Shown here piece by piece: positions 52,128 to 61,565 of a stretch of 64,000 nucleotides of DNA. Every line of letters starts with the position of its first letter. Position 1 is the first letter of the stretch. The notes beneath the pieces were generated by a model that saw only the letters and a program-made list of their open reading frames with translations, was not told where the DNA came from and did not search any database. The position numbers and the translations under genes are program-made. This stretch comes from an uncultured delta proteobacterium (GTDB taxonomy: Bacteria; Desulfobacterota; Binatia; UBA9968): contig CAVSHR010000006.1 in NCBI GenBank assembly GCA_963727625.1, positions 96,001-160,000 on the forward strand, in the 5' to 3' direction.

Positions 52128-52763
52128 ATGCAATTATTTCGCGGACAAAATTCGCCGTCTCAGGCGAGCGCCGCGGATTGGCGAGTGGGCGCCATCGTGC
52201 TAGCGGCGCTGATCTCTGCTCAAGGTTGCGGCATCATGGCGGATACGCCTGGCCGCGCATTATCGACGAAAAGAGTCCCCCCTTCGCAATCCGAACCGGG
52301 CGATCTTTCCAGCGATAAGCCGGCGGAGCCCGCGCGCCGGCGTGAACCCCCGCCGGCAGCGAGCCTCCCTCCCCCTCCGGAAACTAAACTGGCGCCGCCG
52401 GTCCCAAAGATCCCCGAGCCGTCGGAGCATATAATGACGGAGACGGGTCTGGCCTCGTGGTACGGCGGAAAGCATCATGGCAAGCTCACCGCCAGCGGTG
52501 AAGTTTTTAATCAAAACCGTTTCACGGCCGCGCATCCAACGCTCCCCTGGGGCACTAGAGTGAAAGTCATCAATCTCGACAACGGCAAGTCCGTCGACGT
52601 GCTGATCAACGACCGCGGGCCTTTCAAGCCGGGCCGCATCATCGATGTCTCCCGGGCCGCGGCACGAGCCCTGGGCATGGTCAGACGGGGAATAACGAAA
52701 GTCCGCATCGAATGGCTTGCCGCTCCTGAATCAACCAACGAACTGGCCTCGCAAAATAAGTAG
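52128..52763 (+). CDS. rlpA: Septal ring lytic transglycosylase RlpA family lipoprotein
   Basis: Lipobox-like AQGC, Pro-rich linker, [32 protein letters not shown]. Confidence 0.9.
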   Translation: MQLFRGQNSPSQASAADWRVGAIVLAALISAQGCGIMADTPGRALSTKRVPPSQSEPGDLSSDKPAEPARRREPPPAASLPPPPETKLAPPVPKIPEPSEHIMTETGLASWYGGKHHGKLTASGEVFNQNRFTAAHPTLPWGTRVKVINLDNGKSVDVLINDRGPFKPGRIIDVSRAAARALGMVRRGITKVRIEWLAAPESTNELASQNK

Positions 52764-53054
52764 ACACGAACCCTCCGTTCCATAACCGCACAGGCGTGCG
52801 GGTCCGGTCTTGCCTTGACGCAGTTTGCTCGGCTTTGCTTCGATGACTCAACGACCCGGCTTACCGAGTCGGATCGCTAAACCTTTTTCGGCTTAGACCG
52901 GTCAAATCGATTTTGCTTTCGCCGGCAAAGCATTGCTTGACACTTGCCCGTTGTTGTTCGTACATGTCGCCTTGCTGGATCGTCGGCGTTATGTTTATTG
53001 TTCCGAGAGTTAATCCTAATATCATCCCGAAGATGTGATAACGAGAATCGCGGC

Positions 53055-53780
53055 ATGAAAGACGTCGAACAACAGCTCATCGGGACTGCGCTGCCGTATT
53101 GGGAAACTGAGGCGACGATCGTTCGGCGGTTTTTTCAGAGCAAGCCGACCCGGAACGATCATATTTTTTGGCTCAAGGCGCAACTGTGGAAGGAGCTCCA
53201 TCCGGTGGACGGTTATTTCACCGGGCTGCAAAAGGAGCTGAACAACCTGGTGGCGCGTTTTCCGGAGATCGACAAAACCGTCGAACGGCACCAGTATCAC
53301 TCGCAGCTGGAACAACTCACCCAGGAGTTCAATCACTACGTGCTCATGGCTGACGTTCTCGAATATCTTTTGGGCCATCCGGTTTCCGCCGAGGATACGT
53401 TTCAACTGCCCCAGGAGAAAAAACTCGGCGATCTGCGAAGAGATTACGCGAATTCGGGATCGGCCGTGGATAAAGCCGCCGTGCTCGTCACCGAAGGCGG
53501 CGGCGCGCGGATGTTTCGCGAAGGAAGAAAGCTAAAGGGCGGCCGGCTCGAAAGAATGATCGCCAGCGCGATGGAAGTCGTCTATCGGGACGAGAAGAAC
53601 CACTACAAGGAAGCCGCAAGGGAAGCGGCCGGCGCAGTTCAGACCAAGCAAGACCTGGAGCGAATGAGAAAGGCGGTGCAGGAAGTGAGCCTGCAGCGAA
53701 TTTACATGCGCAACGAGATGTTCAAAGAACCGCTGACACGCGACGAAATCAAAAGTTGCCTGGAATCTCACAAACATTGA
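53055..53780 (+). CDS. Ferritin-like (di-iron) hypothetical protein
   Basis: Helical protein with two ExxH motifs (QEFNHY, DEKNHY) and an intervening TEGGG. Confidence 0.55.
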   Translation: MKDVEQQLIGTALPYWETEATIVRRFFQSKPTRNDHIFWLKAQLWKELHPVDGYFTGLQKELNNLVARFPEIDKTVERHQYHSQLEQLTQEFNHYVLMADVLEYLLGHPVSAEDTFQLPQEKKLGDLRRDYANSGSAVDKAAVLVTEGGGARMFREGRKLKGGRLERMIASAMEVVYRDEKNHYKEAAREAAGAVQTKQDLERMRKAVQEVSLQRIYMRNEMFKEPLTRDEIKSCLESHKH

Positions 53781-53927
53781 GTCGGCAGCGTCGGAGTCGG
53801 CATACACCGCCGGCACTCTTCGCTTCGATGATTCACCGCCTGGATTGACAGGTCTGAGCCTCCTCATTTACAGTATCGGTGATCGTGTCAGCTTATTTCG
53901 TTTCCAACAACACCACAGGAGTCCGCT

Positions 53928-54791
53928 ATGATCGTCGAGAATCATGCAAAGGGGAAAATCTCTTGGCCCAATAACCAGCGCGTTGCGGTTGCGATCACAT
54001 TCGATCTTCAAGGCGGTGAGCCGGTGCGGCCGGGGCCCAAAGGCAAGATGAACAACGAGGATTACGCCGAAGGAGAATACGGGCCGAAGACGGGCATCTG
54101 GCGGCTTGTGCGCATGCTCGATGAAGTCAATGTGAAAACCACGTTCCTCACTTGCGGCGGCATCGCCGAAAGATATCCGGAGGCGATGAAGGCGCTCGCC
54201 GAGAGCCAGCATGAGGTCGCCAGCCATGGCTATCACCACGAGATCGCGCGCGACCTCACGCGCCAGGAGGAGCTCGATTGCATCCGGCGCACCACCGACA
54301 TGCTGATGAAACGCACCGGCAAGCAGCCCGTGGGCTGGCGCACCTGCACCCAGAGCGACAATACCGTCGAGCTGCTGATGGAAGAAGGCTACATCTGGAA
54401 CAGCAACTCTTTCGCCGACGATCTGCCGTTCGTCTGGGAAAACGGGCAGGCCCGCTTGGTCGAATTGCCGCGCCAGCCGTTCGGCGACGGCAGACTTTAC
54501 GGCCATCAAAATCGCGCCGGCGATCATCCCGAAAACGCGCTCCGCTTGTGGAAACGGTTTTTCGACGATTTATACAAGGAATCGGCGCTGGCGCCGGTGT
54601 TTACCACTTTTCAATTGCACCCCTACGTCTCCAGCAGACTGGGCCGAACCAGCGCGCTCAAAGAAATGATCGAATACATGAAGGGTCATGAAGGCGTATG
54701 GTTCGCGACCGGCATCGAGCTTGCCGACTGGTGGCTCAAGCAAGGCTTTTCCGAGCAGCCGGCGCCGCTGCGGATGGCCACGGCTTCCTAG
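53928..54791 (+). CDS. Polysaccharide deacetylase family protein (PuuE-like)
   Basis: ITFD, YGPKTGIWRL, HEVASHGYHH, DDLPF, LHPY, VWFAT. Confidence 0.88.
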   Translation: MIVENHAKGKISWPNNQRVAVAITFDLQGGEPVRPGPKGKMNNEDYAEGEYGPKTGIWRLVRMLDEVNVKTTFLTCGGIAERYPEAMKALAESQHEVASHGYHHEIARDLTRQEELDCIRRTTDMLMKRTGKQPVGWRTCTQSDNTVELLMEEGYIWNSNSFADDLPFVWENGQARLVELPRQPFGDGRLYGHQNRAGDHPENALRLWKRFFDDLYKESALAPVFTTFQLHPYVSSRLGRTSALKEMIEYMKGHEGVWFATGIELADWWLKQGFSEQPAPLRMATAS

Positions 54792-55238
54792 GAGTCAAGA
54801 AACCATCTTTCCACGCTCGAGCGGAAGGCGCGGTTACGCTGCGCCTTCCGCTACAACAACTCATGCTGCCTAACTCTACTTACCTGTCAGCCGGCTTGTG
54901 CATAAATTTGCGCAAAATAAACCTCCGTCACCCCGTTAGCGCTTGCCGGGTCGGCGCGGTCTGATCTTTCATTTTCTCCGCGCGAACAAGGAGCAGGAGG
55001 CGGGAGGGTCAGGTCTACTATCGTAGCAAAACCGATCATCGCGCCCTGTCATGTGGCCTGCGCCCAGGTCTGTGAAGCCGACGGGGTGATGTCGTTACCT
55101 TCGACGTTTCGAGAAGGCTGGAGGGTCTGGCCTGAGTATTGCCTTATTTACATTAGGTGGGGCACCAACTGTGCAAACGACAAACGGCTCAGTTGTAAGC
55201 ACATACCGGCTGAACACCTTCGTCATGTGAACGCCATC

Positions 55239-55469
55239 TCAGGGAATTTGGTAGACCGTACCCACTGAGCGCGGATTGATCTGCTTGCTTGCAAACTCGT
55301 CTCGTAACCGATCAAGCTGCTGCAAATTCTCCGTCGAGTAATAAGTCTCGCCGCACTCAACACAGCATTCCGCCTCAACGGTTGTCAATAGATGGTCGTA
55401 CCCTACTTTAACTTCGACTTGTACCGAAGATTTCCTCACCTCACCGGTCTTGCAGATGACACATTTCAT
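55239..55469 (-). CDS. YgiT/MqsA-type zinc-finger antitoxin
   Basis: MKCVICK...CVECGETYY. Confidence 0.85.
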   Translation of the reverse strand: MKCVICKTGEVRKSSVQVEVKVGYDHLLTTVEAECCVECGETYYSTENLQQLDRLRDEFASKQINPRSVGTVYQIP

Positions 55470-55785
55470 CACCGTTTCCTCCGTTTAAAATCTGCTTCCC
55501 ACCTGGCCGGATCGGGTTGATATATTGTTATAACGATCAGCCGCTGCTCAGTTAAAACAGAGCGCATACAATATGGAGCGGCCTTGTTGCTCGCGTTAGA
55601 CCTAAAATCAGGCAGCTTGGATACGGCTCGTCGTCCGGGTATTCTTCGATAATCTCCCCTGCGTCGAGTGCTTCAAGCACGTCGTCCACTCGAATCAGCC
55701 CGAAGGATTCTGACTCCATCTCTCGACGCGCATGCTCGGTGAATCGGCAATCTGCCGAACACGATTGAATATCAGAATAATCCAC
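55469..55785 (-). CDS. DUF4258 toxin-like protein, frameshift near 55560
   Basis: FTEHARREM, GEIIEEYPDDEPYPSCLILG..RPLHIVCA; the continuation IVITIYQPDPARWEADFKRRKR* lies in another frame. Confidence 0.8.
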
Positions 55786-56025
55786 AGTGGAAGTTTAATT
55801 CATGGACTTTAATTATGCCATCTTTCAGCTCCCTGCGTGTCCGAGAATCTTTGAATAACAGAACCCCGGTCCCGACTCGATCATTTTCCGCTTTGATCCA
55901 ATTGGCTAGGGCCGTGGCCCTTTGGTTATTTTCGGGGGTCGGATTTCTGGGTCGGGGTCGTCGGGGTTGGTTCTAGCATCGTAGCATTCATTATCACCCG
56001 AATACTGAGTTCAGTGGTTACCGGG

Positions 56026-56880
56026 TCAGGCGAACGGCTGGTCGCCTATTGTCGATGTGCGATGCAGCAAGCGGATGTCGTCCATCGCGTATCCGCCGCA
56101 GGCCTGGTGATTGACGCTGCGATTATCCCACATCACGAAATCGCCGAGGCTCCATTGATGACGATACACATTTCCCGGCGCTGTCTGGTACGCGAATAAC
56201 GTGTCGAGCAGTGGCTGCGCCTCGGCGTCGTCCATGCCCGCTATGCCGACGGTAAAACGCGGCGAGACATATAGACCCCTGCGACCCGAGACCGGATGGG
56301 TGCGGACAATCGGATGGAGCACATTCTTGCCGGCCTGCCTTTTGTAATATTCCTCGCCGCCCTCCCGGGTCACCGCGACGCGTGGATTGCCTAATTTGCT
56401 GCGCTGGTGGATACCGAGGCGGCCCTCGATACGCTTTTTAATATCATCGGGCAGGCTTTCATAGGCGCCATGCATGTCGGCGAATTCCGTATCGCCACCG
56501 TGCTTGGGTAGCTTGCGGGCATAGAGCAGCGTCGCGAGCGACGTCTCTTTTCTGTAGGACTGGTCCGAATGCCAGAAATCGCCGGCCGCGACGACGCCGA
56601 TGAACTTACCGTCGACCTTCTCATTGGAGAGGATGGCAACTTCCGGAAAGCCCGGAACCCGCTGGTCCTCGTCAAACAACATTTCCAGCGGGCCAAACTT
56701 CCGGCTGAAGGCGACTTGATGCTGCGGCGCGATATGTTGATCGCGGAAAACCAAGACCTGCTTCTTTACGAAGACATCGACAATCTCATTAAAGAGGTTC
56801 TGGTCGACGTCTTTTGACAGGTCTACGCCGGTAATGGCCACACCGAACTTGTTTGACAAAGCTTGCATATTCAGCGGCAT
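56026..56880 (-). CDS. TauD/TfdA alpha-ketoglutarate-dependent dioxygenase
   Basis: WHSDQSY, GGDTEFAD, HPIVRTHP, WDNRSVNH, LHRT. Confidence 0.93.
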   Translation of the reverse strand: MPLNMQALSNKFGVAITGVDLSKDVDQNLFNEIVDVFVKKQVLVFRDQHIAPQHQVAFSRKFGPLEMLFDEDQRVPGFPEVAILSNEKVDGKFIGVVAAGDFWHSDQSYRKETSLATLLYARKLPKHGGDTEFADMHGAYESLPDDIKKRIEGRLGIHQRSKLGNPRVAVTREGGEEYYKRQAGKNVLHPIVRTHPVSGRRGLYVSPRFTVGIAGMDDAEAQPLLDTLFAYQTAPGNVYRHQWSLGDFVMWDNRSVNHQACGGYAMDDIRLLHRTSTIGDQPFA

Positions 56881-57019
56881 CGATTACGCCCCCTTTGCTT
56901 ATCGCGATAACAAATAGGATACCGTGGTCAAGTTGAGCCGGCCAGGATGAGACATAACAATCTTGACAATGTACCAGGGTTCGAGGTTCGCCTGAATATT
57001 CTTTCAACGAACGATCGGA

Positions 57020-58210
57020 TTAGAACCGCCCCGGATCGACCTTCACCCCGAGCAGATGTTTTCCGATCAATTCGTAGTTGGCGAGACTGGCCTGGGCGTG
57101 TTGGCTAATCACGTGGATGTCCTGGAAGTAGCGCTGGATCGCGTTGCCTTCGAAGATCGATGTAACGCCGCACGCGTTGTAGACCGAATCGACGATCTCC
57201 ACCGCCAATCGAATCACGTGAGTCGTGGCCAAGCGGAGAATGGCGAGCCGGTCGGCGCTGAGTTTTCCTGTGGACACGGCCTCGCTCCAGATGTCGCGCA
57301 GCGACTCGAATAGGAAAGCGCGGGCGGAGCGCAGTTGAGCTTCGCTGCGGCCGACGCTCGCTTGAATCGTCGGCTGCTCGCGTAGCGTGGCCTGCGCCAG
57401 GCGCGGCTTCTTGGCGCCGGCCAGCTCGGAGAACGCATCCAAACACGCGCGCGCGGTTGCCAACGCCACCGCGGCGTCGCCCGAAGCGAACAGCAAGCGC
57501 CGTGAAAACAGATAGAGCGGTCCGCTCTCCAGGACCGGCGCTCCGGCCTGAAGCACGGTTCTCTCGGCGGGGACGAAGACGTCCTTGACGACGAAGTGAT
57601 GGGTGCCGGTGCCGCGCATGCCGCGCACGTTCCAGGCATCCACGATCTCGGCCTCGGCGGCGGGCACGAACAGGAAGCGCTCCTCGGGTTTGCCATCTAA
57701 CAGTTTCGGTTGGCCGTTTTCCTTGACCACACCGCGCGCCGCAAGCCAAGCCGCGTGGCGGCAACCCGAGCTGAAGCCCTGCTGACCGCTGACCCGGAAA
57801 CCGCCGGGGACAACGTCCACTTCAGCCGTTGGCATGGAAGTATTGGCGACCACGCTGTGCGGCGTGTCGATCCAGATCGAGCGCGCGACGTCCCGCGGCA
57901 TCAGCGCGGCGTAGGTGGCGAAGACCGCGCACTGATTGACCACCCAGGCGGTGCTCGCATCGGCTTTGCCGAGCGTTTCGAGAACCTGCACGTAGGTCGA
58001 CAAATCGATCTCGGCGCCGCCGACATTGCGCGGAATCAGCAACTGAAAAAACCCGGCGGCGGCCAGCGCCTCGAAGAGCGGCCGCGGCAGCTCGCGATTT
58101 TTTTCGATCTCATCGGCGCAGGAGCGGATCGCCGGAGCGATCTCCTGCGCGGCGTCAAGCGGCGATCGAATCTCTTCCGTGGCTATGGATCGGTCTCGCG
58201 TCAGCGACAT
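57020..58210 (-). CDS. Acyl-CoA dehydrogenase-fold flavin monooxygenase (HsaA-like)
   Basis: ADASTAW, FSSGCRHA, WNVRGMRGTGT, IQRYFQDIH..QH. Confidence 0.88.
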   Translation of the reverse strand: MSLTRDRSIATEEIRSPLDAAQEIAPAIRSCADEIEKNRELPRPLFEALAAAGFFQLLIPRNVGGAEIDLSTYVQVLETLGKADASTAWVVNQCAVFATYAALMPRDVARSIWIDTPHSVVANTSMPTAEVDVVPGGFRVSGQQGFSSGCRHAAWLAARGVVKENGQPKLLDGKPEERFLFVPAAEAEIVDAWNVRGMRGTGTHHFVVKDVFVPAERTVLQAGAPVLESGPLYLFSRRLLFASGDAAVALATARACLDAFSELAGAKKPRLAQATLREQPTIQASVGRSEAQLRSARAFLFESLRDIWSEAVSTGKLSADRLAILRLATTHVIRLAVEIVDSVYNACGVTSIFEGNAIQRYFQDIHVISQHAQASLANYELIGKHLLGVKVDPGRF

Positions 58211-58435
58211 GAAATTTAGTGTTTCGAAACCCGGAGCAACGAAGCGCTTATCTTTCCTCCGGCAGCGAAGTACATTGAGCGTGCTGCGCTTCTGAAACTT
58301 CTCTACTGCAGCGAGATCTCAATGTCTATGGTAATTTTTGGATCGGTTCTCCGACTGGTGCTCGACCAGTGTTACTGATGCGCATCGGCGCTCAAGGGCT
58401 GAGCGGTTACGAGTCTAAACGGTTCCCAAGATCGT

Positions 58436-58645
58436 TCAATCATCGAAGCGGTGGTCCTTGGGCGTTTTCCAGGGATCGATCCGAATCTGCGGATCGGAGA
58501 GATCGAGCTTGATCCCGGTGCGATTGAACGGCTGCTCGGTCTCCGGGCCGCCGGGCATAAAGAGCGTGAATCTCTGGCGCCACTGGCTGGTCCCGGCGAT
58601 TTCCTCTTCGATCAAGTCTTTGACTTCGGGTGCTACTCGTTCCAT
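58436..58645 (-). CDS. Hypothetical protein
   Basis: Short protein-like ORF; start uncertain. Confidence 0.35.
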   Translation of the reverse strand: MERVAPEVKDLIEEEIAGTSQWRQRFTLFMPGGPETEQPFNRTGIKLDLSDPQIRIDPWKTPKDHRFDD

Positions 58646-59258
58646 GCGGATTCTTTCTTCCCGCGCCTTGTCGTCCGCGCGCGTTCCGTTCCGACATCGA
58701 GCAGTTTTTTTCTCTGAAAGAAGAAGAAAACCTATTCCCGCTAAAGCTCTATCCGCCGACCTGGAAGTAAAGCGGGAATATCGCCAGAGTCAGTCCCTAT
58801 GTCTTCAACCGTTCCAGGCGCTTCGCTCCAGTTGCTTCAAACATTCCGTACGTCCCGGTCGGATGACCGTGTTCGTGGGGCGTCATCGCGTCTCAAGAAT
58901 AAACCCGAGAGTTGGTGCCTCAATAAAATTTAAAGACCTAATTCTCCACACTTTCGAATTCCATCCTTGAACCTTGAACAAATTACTGCCGTTCTGGCAA
59001 CCCTGTGTAAAGGCCCACTTGCGAACGAGTTTCGTCGATCGTGGGCAATATTGTGCGTCCAGAAATTGCCGCATCGTCCCATCGCGCCATTTATCGAGTT
59101 CGCTACGGCGGCCAAGCACCGTATTCCAGTCGCTATATTGGGAGGAAAGAGCGGGTTTGCGCAAGTTTTGGCCGAGTGTTCGTGCCGCAGCAAATTTCTC
59201 CGCGAATGGCAAACGCCTTGCGTTAGGTATGGAAGTGAATAGCCTATCGGAGGGAAAC

Positions 59259-59660
59259 ATGAAACGATTTGTCATCGCTTTTCTCCTGCTTTTCGTAGCT
59301 GGCCTTTTTGAGCCTTTGCCCGTGCGCGGCAACGAATTCAAAGAACGAGAGGCAAAAATTGCTCAGTACAAGAAATGGCTCGATACAATGGGACCTCAGG
59401 GATCCCATTACTGGACGCGCCTCGACGCGCGGCACCGGCCCCATCGGTTGTATCTCGGGGAAGGTTTCTATCGCGCCGACTTTCAAAGCCAAGAGCATTT
59501 CGTGGACACGTTTTCGAACTATCTTGCGGGGCACCCGGATAAATTTATGCTGATCGATCTCTTCGATGCCAAGACCAACAAACCCATAGGCGAGTACGGC
59601 TTCGGCGGCTTCAAGCTTTACGCAAAGCCTGTGCGAACGGCCGAGCGCCCGAAAAAATAG
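59259..59660 (+). CDS. Exported hypothetical protein
   Basis: GGAGGG RBS and signal peptide MKRFVIAFLLLFVAG. Confidence 0.65.
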   Translation: MKRFVIAFLLLFVAGLFEPLPVRGNEFKEREAKIAQYKKWLDTMGPQGSHYWTRLDARHRPHRLYLGEGFYRADFQSQEHFVDTFSNYLAGHPDKFMLIDLFDAKTNKPIGEYGFGGFKLYAKPVRTAERPKK

Positions 59661-59732
59661 CCCTGCGGAGCTGCTGAAAAAGACCCATCTGCTTCGTTGC
59701 GCCGAATCGCCCCAGCACGATCCGGCCATCTG

Positions 59733-60542
59733 TCAGTGTCGCTGGATAAACTCCAAAACATTACGATTAAAAGCCTCGGGCTGCTCCCAGTTGATCGAGT
59801 GCGAAGCTTCGGGCAACACGACGAACTTGGCGCCGGTAATATGCGCGAGCTGCCGGCGCATAACCCAGGGCGGCGTCTGCAAATCCTGATCTCCGGGCAT
59901 AAGCAATGTCGGAACACGAATCGTTTCAAGCTTCTCATAGGTGATCGTCGTGCGTTGGGGCTGCGCCGGAGCGCCCGGTTGGCGCGAGTTGTGATGAATC
60001 TCCAGCCAGCGCTTTAGACCCTCGGGGTTGGTCGCCATGTAGCCCATGCTCACTTCGCGAAACTCCGCGGGCCAGCTCGAAAACCCAGGGAGCGTGGTCT
60101 TCTCGCGCAGCTGGCGCATTTCCTGGTCGGTGATCGCGCCGCCGCTGGCGGCGATGACCAGACTGCGGAGCCGCTCCGGATGCCAGAGGACATAATCATA
60201 GGCGGCGAAGCCGCCGCCCGCCACGGCGACAAGATGAAACCGGTCGAGCTTCAGCTGTTCCGCCAGGGCGTGAAGATCTTCCGCGATGGTGCCGGGCTGG
60301 GGACCGGTGGCAGGATTTGCAGTGCTGCGGCTCCAGCCGCGACGATCGAAGGCGATGACCCGATAGCCCGTCTCGACAAAGCCCGGGATGTTGCCCTGCC
60401 AGCTGTCGGCATTGCCGGTGTTGGCGTGCAGCAGCACGACCGGCACACCATCGCCGCCGCTATCCGTGTACCAGAGTCGCACGCCCGGGAGATCCGCATA
60501 TCCCGCGAATGGCCGGTTTTGTGTTTGTCTTGCGCTCGCCAT
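59733..60542 (-). CDS. Alpha/beta fold hydrolase
   Basis: VVLLHA, FDRRGWSRS, HLVAVAGGG elbow, GDQD, ASHS..WEQP. Confidence 0.88.
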   Translation of the reverse strand: MASARQTQNRPFAGYADLPGVRLWYTDSGGDGVPVVLLHANTGNADSWQGNIPGFVETGYRVIAFDRRGWSRSTANPATGPQPGTIAEDLHALAEQLKLDRFHLVAVAGGGFAAYDYVLWHPERLRSLVIAASGGAITDQEMRQLREKTTLPGFSSWPAEFREVSMGYMATNPEGLKRWLEIHHNSRQPGAPAQPQRTTITYEKLETIRVPTLLMPGDQDLQTPPWVMRRQLAHITGAKFVVLPEASHSINWEQPEAFNRNVLEFIQRH

Positions 60543-60577
60543 AAAGGGCAAAATTTACTCCGCCCCGCCGTTTTTCG

Positions 60578-61339
60578 CTAGCTGACTTTTTTCGGCCGAT
60601 AAAAGTCGATGGCGTTTTTGTAAAAAACATTCGCGGCCTTTTCTTCTCCCAATGTCTCCAGTACGAGCGTGTAGTCATCGTCCCGGTAGGGCCTGGGGGC
60701 GCGTGTGGACGGTAGGTCGGTGCCGAACATGAGCGCTCGCGGATTGGCGGCATAGAGCTCGGTCAACGCGGGCCGCACGTCGAAGTCCACCCGTCCGAAG
60801 CCGGTGGCCTTCACCCGCACGCCTTTTTCGGCGAGCTTGAGCAGCGTCGGAAAACCCGCTCGGGAGAGACCGAGATGGTCGATGCTGACCGCCGGCAATG
60901 ACACCAGTGTCTCGAACAGACCGGCCAGCTCGGCGGAATCGACGTACAACTCGGTGTGCCAGCCGGCCAGCTCATGAACCCGCCGCGCGAAGTTTTCGAG
61001 ATGACGAATATCTTCCGAGCCGCCGCGCTTGACGTTGAAGCGGACGGCGCGAACTCCTGCTTGATCGAGCTCTTTCAAATCCTGATCCGAAACGGTCTGC
61101 GGCACTTGAGTGACGCCGACAAAAGTCGGTCCGAGGACTTTCAAAGCATGGAAGAGATAGGTTTGATCGAGCTCCTGAAACGAACCGGAAACCACCGCAC
61201 CGCCGCAAAGGTCGACCGCTTTCAAGCGGTCTAGATAATCCTCGCTGGTAAAGCCGTCGGGCATAAATCCTTGATTGGGAACGACGGGGAAATTTTTGTC
61301 GATAATGTGAAAATGGCAGTCGAAATATTTTTGCTTCAA
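60578..61339 (-). CDS. Amidohydrolase family protein (2-pyrone-4,6-dicarboxylate lactonase-like)
   Basis: FDCHFH, GVRAVRFN, SIDHLG, VKATGFGR, FGTDLPSTRA. Confidence 0.85.
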   Translation of the reverse strand: MKQKYFDCHFHIIDKNFPVVPNQGFMPDGFTSEDYLDRLKAVDLCGGAVVSGSFQELDQTYLFHALKVLGPTFVGVTQVPQTVSDQDLKELDQAGVRAVRFNVKRGGSEDIRHLENFARRVHELAGWHTELYVDSAELAGLFETLVSLPAVSIDHLGLSRAGFPTLLKLAEKGVRVKATGFGRVDFDVRPALTELYAANPRALMFGTDLPSTRAPRPYRDDDYTLVLETLGEEKAANVFYKNAIDFYRPKKVS

Positions 61340-61386
61340 CGAATTTCTCCTCTGAAGATTGGCTCAGCGGGAACGTCTACCGAAGC

Positions 61387-61470
61387 GTTTCAGTCGATCC
61401 AAGAGCCTGCCCTGAGCCCCCGAAGGGTTCAATCGTTTCACTTCGTCCCAATCGTTTTAACAATCGTACA
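61387..61470 (+). repeat. Degenerate 9-mer repeats with an embedded CCTGAGC..CGAAGG REP-like unit
   Basis: gtttcagtc...gcctgccctgagcccccgaaggg-ttcaatcgtttca... Confidence 0.5.
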
Positions 61471-61565
61471 ATTGGGTGACAAGTCGGAGCGGAGTGAAGC
61501 CAAGATATCGAAACCTCCCGCGCAGCGTCGACAGTTTTCCGCACCGTCGGCCAGCATCGACGCGT

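Larger units (their letters stand above)
55006..55986. repeat. Imperfect 23-bp direct repeats bracketing the DUF4258/YgiT pair
   Basis: gggtcaggtctactatcgtagca (55006-55028) vs gggttggttctagcatcgtagca (55964-55986), 18/23. Confidence 0.55.

Noticed and set aside
59668-59705. gctgctgaaaaagacccatctgcttcgttg, resembling an IS/MITE end
   Set aside because: No partner end found in the window, so it cannot be supported as an element.
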